Virus record (IMG/VR): IMGVR_UViG_3300017747_000933
Span: 1-26,266 of that record
Direction: 5' to 3' (one strand)
DNA length: 26,266 bases
DNA from: a virus
Lineage: Duplodnaviria > Caudoviricetes
Below, in pieces: positions 21,095-26,266 of the stretch. A model generated the notes under the pieces. That model was not told the origin of the DNA. It worked only from the letters and a program-made list of their open reading frames with translations, and searched no databases. How positions within the stretch are numbered: the first letter of the stretch is position 1; the number at the start of each line of letters is the position of its first letter. The translations under genes and the position numbers were made by a program.

Positions 21095-23233
21095 TTAAAT
21101 GTTATTTGCAGAAATAACTCCAGTTCCCGCTGAAATATTTACGTTTGTATTAAAGTCTTGAGTTACGTTTGCAACGGCTGCGGAATAGGTAACAACGCCG
21201 CCAGCAGCAAACGACACGCCCGTAGTTGTAGTAACTGTGCTGGAATCAAGGCAAGTATTTGCGGTGACGTTTGAATACTCAGTCGTTCCTTGTAAACGAA
21301 TTCCATAACCGGTTGCACTCAAAGAATTGTCACCTATTAATTCAACAGAATTACCAGAAATAATACTATTGCTGCATTCTTCTAAAACGATACCAACATT
21401 ATTGGCAACAACTGTATTGCCCGTTACCGACGCTCTTGCCGCAGTAATATCAATGCCGGTAAGTGACGTTCCAGACGTAGATATTTGCGCGATATTGCCG
21501 GTCACTGACACTCTATTAAACACCTGCGTAGTATCTCGGCTTAGGGCAATTGGCGTGCTTTTTGATATGACGCGATTGTTTGCAATCACACAATTTGCCA
21601 TGTCCGTGACAAACAAACTTAAACGAATGCCGTCATTTTCTATGTTTAACAAATAATTATTAGTAACAATAAATGCTGAAGAACTATCTGCGCTAGGTCT
21701 ACAATTAATCCCACTGCTAACGGTGTTAAATATTTGATTTCCGCTAATTACAGCAGACTTTCCCTCAACATTTATGCCGTGGTTTGACGCTGAATTAACA
21801 ATATTGTTAATAATTGATATTTGATCTGACCCCGCATGAGTATCAATAGCATCGCCGCCAGTTCCGCCAGTTGCTTGGGCTGAATCTGACACATTGTTTC
21901 CCATAAACAAAATACGTCTGGTTATTCCGTAAGACGTGTTGACCGCATTATTTGTGCTTAATGAATGGCGAACATTCACAAAAGTATTGTTAACCGCGCT
22001 GCAATCTTGTGTAGCGTCTGCAAATGAAATGCCATACGCTTGAGAATCATTATTTGATTCTTGGAAATGGCAATTTATTATCTTGGTGTACACACATTGG
22101 TCTAAACGAACGTGTTTTTGGTCTACGTCGTAACTCTTTATGTTTTCAATTAAACAAGTGTCGCCGTACAAAATACGGATGCCAATAAGTTCATCGTTTG
22201 CTGTTGGCCCTAAAATAGTTCCGTTTTTAATCGTGATTCTTTTGACCGGCGTAATTTTTTGAATTGCTGCGCTGTCAGCAGTTAAATAGCTGCTTTGCAA
22301 TTCAAGGGTGGTAGTAAGCGACGTTGATCCAGGTATTGTCTCCACAAAATTAAGTTCGCCAATTCTTGTGCTTGTTCTTGCCGAATCCCAAATAGCGTTT
22401 GATCTAATCAACACCATGTCACCAACAGCAAATGATGTACTGGTGCAAGAAATTGCTTTTGTTCCTGATATAGCGTTAGAAGACAAACTTACCGCGCTTG
22501 CAATTGTTCCAGCAAACTGAATTAAAGAAACAGTTGTACCAGTTACATTAGCAAAATTTAAAATTGCAGAGTTTAAATCCAGCGTAATATCGTTTGCGGT
22601 AAATGGCCCTAATACTGAATCGCAACGGTAAGTGCCACCACCAAAATCAACTGTTGCTGGTGCAATTGCAATAGCGGCGGTTATAGCGGCTGTAATTGCC
22701 GCATAACTATTTGTTACGCCCGTAGGGTCAGCACCAAAATCGCGCACGTTAATAATGTCGCGCATTTTGCTTTGCGCTGACCTAGCAACTGCTCCGGTTC
22801 CTGCTTGTAGGAATCCAACAAAATCAGAGCCACTATTGCCAGCCAAACTAGCTACCGTGCCAACGGTAGTATTAAAGCCTGTAAACCCGACAAGCGTTGC
22901 GCCATTGGGTGCTGCCAATGATGACAAAATGCCAGACGCATTTCCAACAACATTATCGTAAGTGGCAATTAAATTGTTGGCAGAATCGTTTAAAACAAAT
23001 TTATAACTTTGTGCGTCGGTCAACCAAATTTCACCACCACCCGCAATGCGACCGCTTGCATTTAAAATAATAGGATTACTGTGCGCGATATTGCCAGCCG
23101 ATGTTGTGTAAGTTGCTTCGGGCGTTGTTGTGCCAGCTTGGTAACTATAAATTTTCCCGCCAGCCAACGGATTGCCGTTGTCATCAAAAAATTGCGCCCC
23201 TACACCGGCAAACATTGAAAGATTAACTGTCAT
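21095..23233 (-). CDS. Tailspike with right-handed beta-helix (pectate-lyase-like) receptor-binding/depolymerase domain (712 aa)
   Basis: N-terminal virion anchor QFFDDNGNPLAGGKIYSYQAGTTTP; ARSAQSKMRDIINVRDFGADPTG neck; Asn/Ile-rich I.GN repeats. Confidence 0.88.
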   Translation of the reverse strand: MTVNLSMFAGVGAQFFDDNGNPLAGGKIYSYQAGTTTPEATYTTSAGNIAHSNPIILNASGRIAGGGEIWLTDAQSYKFVLNDSANNLIATYDNVVGNASGILSSLAAPNGATLVGFTGFNTTVGTVASLAGNSGSDFVGFLQAGTGAVARSAQSKMRDIINVRDFGADPTGVTNSYAAITAAITAAIAIAPATVDFGGGTYRCDSVLGPFTANDITLDLNSAILNFANVTGTTVSLIQFAGTIASAVSLSSNAISGTKAISCTSTSFAVGDMVLIRSNAIWDSARTSTRIGELNFVETIPGSTSLTTTLELQSSYLTADSAAIQKITPVKRITIKNGTILGPTANDELIGIRILYGDTCLIENIKSYDVDQKHVRLDQCVYTKIINCHFQESNNDSQAYGISFADATQDCSAVNNTFVNVRHSLSTNNAVNTSYGITRRILFMGNNVSDSAQATGGTGGDAIDTHAGSDQISIINNIVNSASNHGINVEGKSAVISGNQIFNTVSSGINCRPSADSSSAFIVTNNYLLNIENDGIRLSLFVTDMANCVIANNRVISKSTPIALSRDTTQVFNRVSVTGNIAQISTSGTSLTGIDITAARASVTGNTVVANNVGIVLEECSNSIISGNSVELIGDNSLSATGYGIRLQGTTEYSNVTANTCLDSSTVTTTTGVSFAAGGVVTYSAAVANVTQDFNTNVNISAGTGVISANNI

Positions 23234-23244
23234 TTTTGTGTCCT

Positions 23245-23403
23245 TTAATTATTCCAACCCATGGCAACAATATCTGAACTCCGGTCAGGATAATCGCTAA
23301 GGTACGCATCCTTATCGGCTTGCGCGTATTCCTTTGCTGCGCCGTCATCAAGCGTGACGGTAATTTTTTGACTTACCCAGTCTAATTTTACCGACTCGAT
23401 CAT
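23245..23403 (-). CDS. Small hypothetical protein, possible fibre chaperone (52 aa)
   Basis: Hand translation MIESVKIRLGKSKITVTLDDGAAKEYAQADKDAYLSDYPDRSSDIVAMGWNN; ATG abuts the upstream stop. Confidence 0.65.
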   Translation of the reverse strand: MIESVKLDWVSQKITVTLDDGAAKEYAQADKDAYLSDYPDRSSDIVAMGWNN

Positions 23404-24360
23404 TTAAATAACCCTGTATGTAAAAGTATAAAACCAAGAAGCAGATGTTGTAATAGTTGAATTACACTGTAAAAATATACAGTCATCGGTAGCTTGTGCC
23501 GACAACCTGGCAAATGAATTATTAGCGACCGTGGTACTTGTAAATGCCGCTGTCCCCGCCCCTTGGGCGGTGCTAGAAAAATTAGACGCAATGGGCAAAC
23601 TAAACTGCACCTGTGTGTTACCAGTTGCGGTTGCGTCAATATCCACGCGCCCGCTAACCGTAACCGTATCGCCGACCCTCATATATTGAGCAGATTGATA
23701 AGTAACGGCATCAACGTTAGTGTTTGTGCTTACTTGGGTTGGCGTATAAGTCCCGCTGAACACGTTGCCGTCAGTAGCGGCTGGTGCTGTAACCCCAGTG
23801 CGGCTTGTTTTAATACCGCCCACAACGTCTAAAGCGCAAGTTGGTGTGGCAATATCTATACCCAAACGAATGTTTGCGGCATCCCAAAAAAAGTTTGAAT
23901 TGTCTTGGCTATAAACGCCTGACGCGCCAGCAAACACAACTGACCCAGCGGTAAATGCCGTGGCCGTGCCAGTGCCGCCATTGCTAACCGGCAATGTGCC
24001 AGAAACGTGGGTTGTTAACCCAATTTTTCCCCACGATGGCGCAACGCCAACGCCACCAGAAATTAATGCGTTGCCCGTGGCTACATCAGCCAATTTTGCC
24101 AATGTAGTAGTTGTGTTGGCATACAAAATATCGCCGACCGCATAAGATGTTTGGCCAGTACCGCCCGCAGTTGCTGGAACAACTTTCCAGCCAATAACTT
24201 GGATGGCGTTGGCATTATCTTTGTAAAACAATTTGCCGTCGGTAATGTTGATGGCAAGCTCAGACCCCAACGTGCTATTAGTCAAGTTTCCAACAGCAGG
24301 GGCATTAGTTGCCGTGCTGCTACTGTAAATCAATATCGGCGTGTAACCAGTTTGCGCCAT
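23404..24360 (-). CDS. Tail fibre-like protein (318 aa)
   Basis: ELAINITDGKLFYKD N-terminal module, GGTG repeats, RLGI..ATP..LDV.G, C-terminal GTYTP...YMRVGDTVTV knob-like domain. Confidence 0.8.
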   Translation of the reverse strand: MAQTGYTPILIYSSSTATNAPAVGNLTNSTLGSELAINITDGKLFYKDNANAIQVIGWKVVPATAGGTGQTSYAVGDILYANTTTTLAKLADVATGNALISGGVGVAPSWGKIGLTTHVSGTLPVSNGGTGTATAFTAGSVVFAGASGVYSQDNSNFFWDAANIRLGIDIATPTCALDVVGGIKTSRTGVTAPAATDGNVFSGTYTPTQVSTNTNVDAVTYQSAQYMRVGDTVTVSGRVDIDATATGNTQVQFSLPIASNFSSTAQGAGTAAFTSTTVANNSFARLSAQATDDCIFLQCNSTITTSASWFYTFTYRVI

Positions 24361-24362
24361 GC

Positions 24363-24671
24363 TTATTCCTCAAATTTAGGGGTAAACACCTGGGGCATCC
24401 AAGGTAATGGCATTTCTTGCTGCGCGGCCAGATTTTTTAATTGCTCAACCAGGCGTTTTTCAACAGCCTTTTCGGATTCGGCATTAATCCACTCGACCAT
24501 CATTTCTTCGGTCACGTCCTCAAACGGGACAATCAGCTTGGCGTTCTTAAAAAACCAATAACCTTCGGTATCTACCGCTAGGTCTTTTTCGGTCACGCGG
24601 GCTTCGTATCTCGCTTGGGTAATCAGGCCGTCCGTGGCTTTAATGCCCAAAATTTTCCAAGTAATCTTCAA
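24363..24671 (-). CDS. Fibre-associated small protein, possible assembly chaperone (102 aa)
   Basis: ITWKI...VPFEDVTEEMMVEWI...PLPW; sits between two fibre genes; TTG start. Confidence 0.65.
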   Translation of the reverse strand: MKITWKILGIKATDGLITQARYEARVTEKDLAVDTEGYWFFKNAKLIVPFEDVTEEMMVEWINAESEKAVEKRLVEQLKNLAAQQEMPLPWMPQVFTPKFEE

Positions 24672-26266
24672 AATGCACCCCCACCAATGCCGCCAGTCGT
24701 TGTCAAAACGCCGCTGGACGGGTTAAATTTGAGTTTAGTGCTGGTTACCTTGGCGGGCAAGTTTCCGGTCGAATTTGTCACCCAAACAGGAAAATAATCT
24801 GCGTTTGTGGACGTGTCGTCGGTAATCCCGATGTTGACTGCGTTTGTTGCGTTTGTCGCGCTTCCTGCGCTGCCGTCAATCGACACGCCGGTCAGGCTTT
24901 GGCTGGCGCTGGCGCGGTTCAGCGCAATCGTCGTCGTGCCAACGTGCAACGACGAATTGCCCAACACGGTCGATGGAATTGTTCCTGTTAATTCGCCAGC
25001 GGGCAAACCAGTCAATCCGGTGGCTAGGCCAGCAAACCCCGTGGCCGTCAAAATGCCGGTTGATGGGTTGAATTGCAGCTTGGTAGACGACGCATAAGTG
25101 GTCGTCAGGTTGCCCGCAGTCTGGTTCGCCAGCAGTGGGTAATACGTTGCGTTGGTTGTCGTGTCGTCAGTGACCGTCGCGTAAGCGGTTGGCGTCACCC
25201 AGGTCGGGGCGCTGGTTCCGTTGCTTTGCAGCACCTTTCCTGCGTCACCCGCGCCAGACGCTAGGAACGTCGTTACACCGGCTCCGGTTTGGTAGGGAAT
25301 ACTCGCAGCCGCACCGCCCGCCAAATTTGTGGCTGTGCCAACCGTCACCCCTGACGCTGCCGACCACTGCGGTGCGCTGCCCGATGATGTCAAAATCGTT
25401 GTGCTTGCGCCGATGCCCAGCTTGGATAATGCCGTCGATCCGGTCGCGTACAACAAATCGCCAGCCGTATAACTGGACTGCCCTGTGCCGCCATTTGCAG
25501 CCACTAACGTGCCGCCTAAAGTGACATTGCCATACGTCGCAGAATTGGGTGTTAGCCCTGTTGTGCCAGCACTGAAGGTCGTAACGCCGCTGCTGCCCGA
25601 TACCGAAATATCCCACGCTGATCGCGCCGATGATCCATTAAACGCATCGATCAAAACGTTCATACTAGTGCCGCTGAACGAAGTGATAACGCCTTGCATG
25701 AATTCTGTCGGATCGCTTTGATAAGCAACCCTGACCGCTGTTCCAACCGTAAACGCAACGCTAGTTGACGGCTGGTTGGTGACAAATGTTTTGGTGCCTA
25801 GTCCAGGTGTGACAGTGCTAGTCGATGTTAATCCGTAATAACCAATGCCAATTTGCGCTTGGCTAGTTACTGAAACGATCACGCCTGGTACTGCTGGCGT
25901 TGTGGGCGTGGTTCCTGCTGGATAAGTGCTAATAAAAACACTAGTGTTTGTAACCGCCCATACCATTTCGACATAATCACCAGCATTTAATGTAACGGTA
26001 AATGCTAATGCTGCAATTAAATTGCCATTTACGCCGCCATGTTTATTTGGCACGCTCCACTGGCTATTGCTGTCAGGAATATCGGTGCCATTTTTTCTGA
26101 ACCAAACTTGAGCATCATGAATTTGACTGTCCGAGTTTACAAATTGAATTGATGGAATGAAACTGTACACCCCGCCGTTAGCAACCGTCATGCGCGACAG
26201 ATAAGTACCGTTGCTGGCTAACGAAATGCCGTTACTTTCAACGGTAGTGTTAATCCGCATCACATA
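24668..26266 (-). CDS. Tail fibre protein, C-terminal part (5' end beyond the right edge)
   Basis: Frame is open to the window edge; Thr/Gly/Ser/Ala-rich with GGTG and FNPS.G.LT repeats. Confidence 0.82.
   Translation of the reverse strand, partial: YVMRINTTVESNGISLASNGTYLSRMTVANGGVYSFIPSIQFVNSDSQIHDAQVWFRKNGTDIPDSNSQWSVPNKHGGVNGNLIAALAFTVTLNAGDYVEMVWAVTNTSVFISTYPAGTTPTTPAVPGVIVSVTSQAQIGIGYYGLTSTSTVTPGLGTKTFVTNQPSTSVAFTVGTAVRVAYQSDPTEFMQGVITSFSGTSMNVLIDAFNGSSARSAWDISVSGSSGVTTFSAGTTGLTPNSATYGNVTLGGTLVAANGGTGQSSYTAGDLLYATGSTALSKLGIGASTTILTSSGSAPQWSAASGVTVGTATNLAGGAAASIPYQTGAGVTTFLASGAGDAGKVLQSNGTSAPTWVTPTAYATVTDDTTTNATYYPLLANQTAGNLTTTYASSTKLQFNPSTGILTATGFAGLATGLTGLPAGELTGTIPSTVLGNSSLHVGTTTIALNRASASQSLTGVSIDGSAGSATNATNAVNIGITDDTSTNADYFPVWVTNSTGNLPAKVTSTKLKFNPSSGVLTTTGGIGGGAF

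Noticed and set aside
12064-25721. Plus-strand and alternate-frame ORFs over the structural genes (e.g. 15918-16472 minus, 18826-19344 plus)
   Set aside because: They are fully nested in long conserved genes, with no lipobox or family motif to suggest real overprinting.

Overview
The whole window is a dense, gene-packed stretch of a tailed dsDNA bacteriophage with P22/lambdoid podovirus-like organisation. A Gram-negative, probably betaproteobacterial, host is inferred but not shown. On the minus strand from the right edge come the tail fibres and tailspike, gp4-like adaptor, gp10-like tail hub, a GNAT, three ejection proteins and the lysis cassette. These converge on a plus-strand early operon (8522-12048: LPD29, small ORFs, a lipoprotein, ERF, YqaJ exonuclease, SSB-like, wHTH). 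A divergent control region (8380-8521) holds Cro-type operators but no cI. It drives a minus-strand run of cro, a structured RNA leader, a DUF1376 initiator with an internal iteron origin, a P-like loader and nin-like genes. Then come a terminator, a late accessory cluster (Dps-like, zeta-toxin-like kinase, GroES, DUF6321, small basic and coiled-coil proteins), terS and the start of terL. Most notable: (1) the 863-aa ejection protein carries an M15 peptidoglycan peptidase followed by a TonB-box-like motif (LPEVVVTASR) in a flexible linker, suggesting colicin-like use of host TonB during genome entry; (2) a zeta-toxin-like kinase with rearranged motif order; (3) a three-way-junction/pseudoknot RNA leader in front of the replication initiator. 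All family calls come from motif recognition by eye; no database searches were run.
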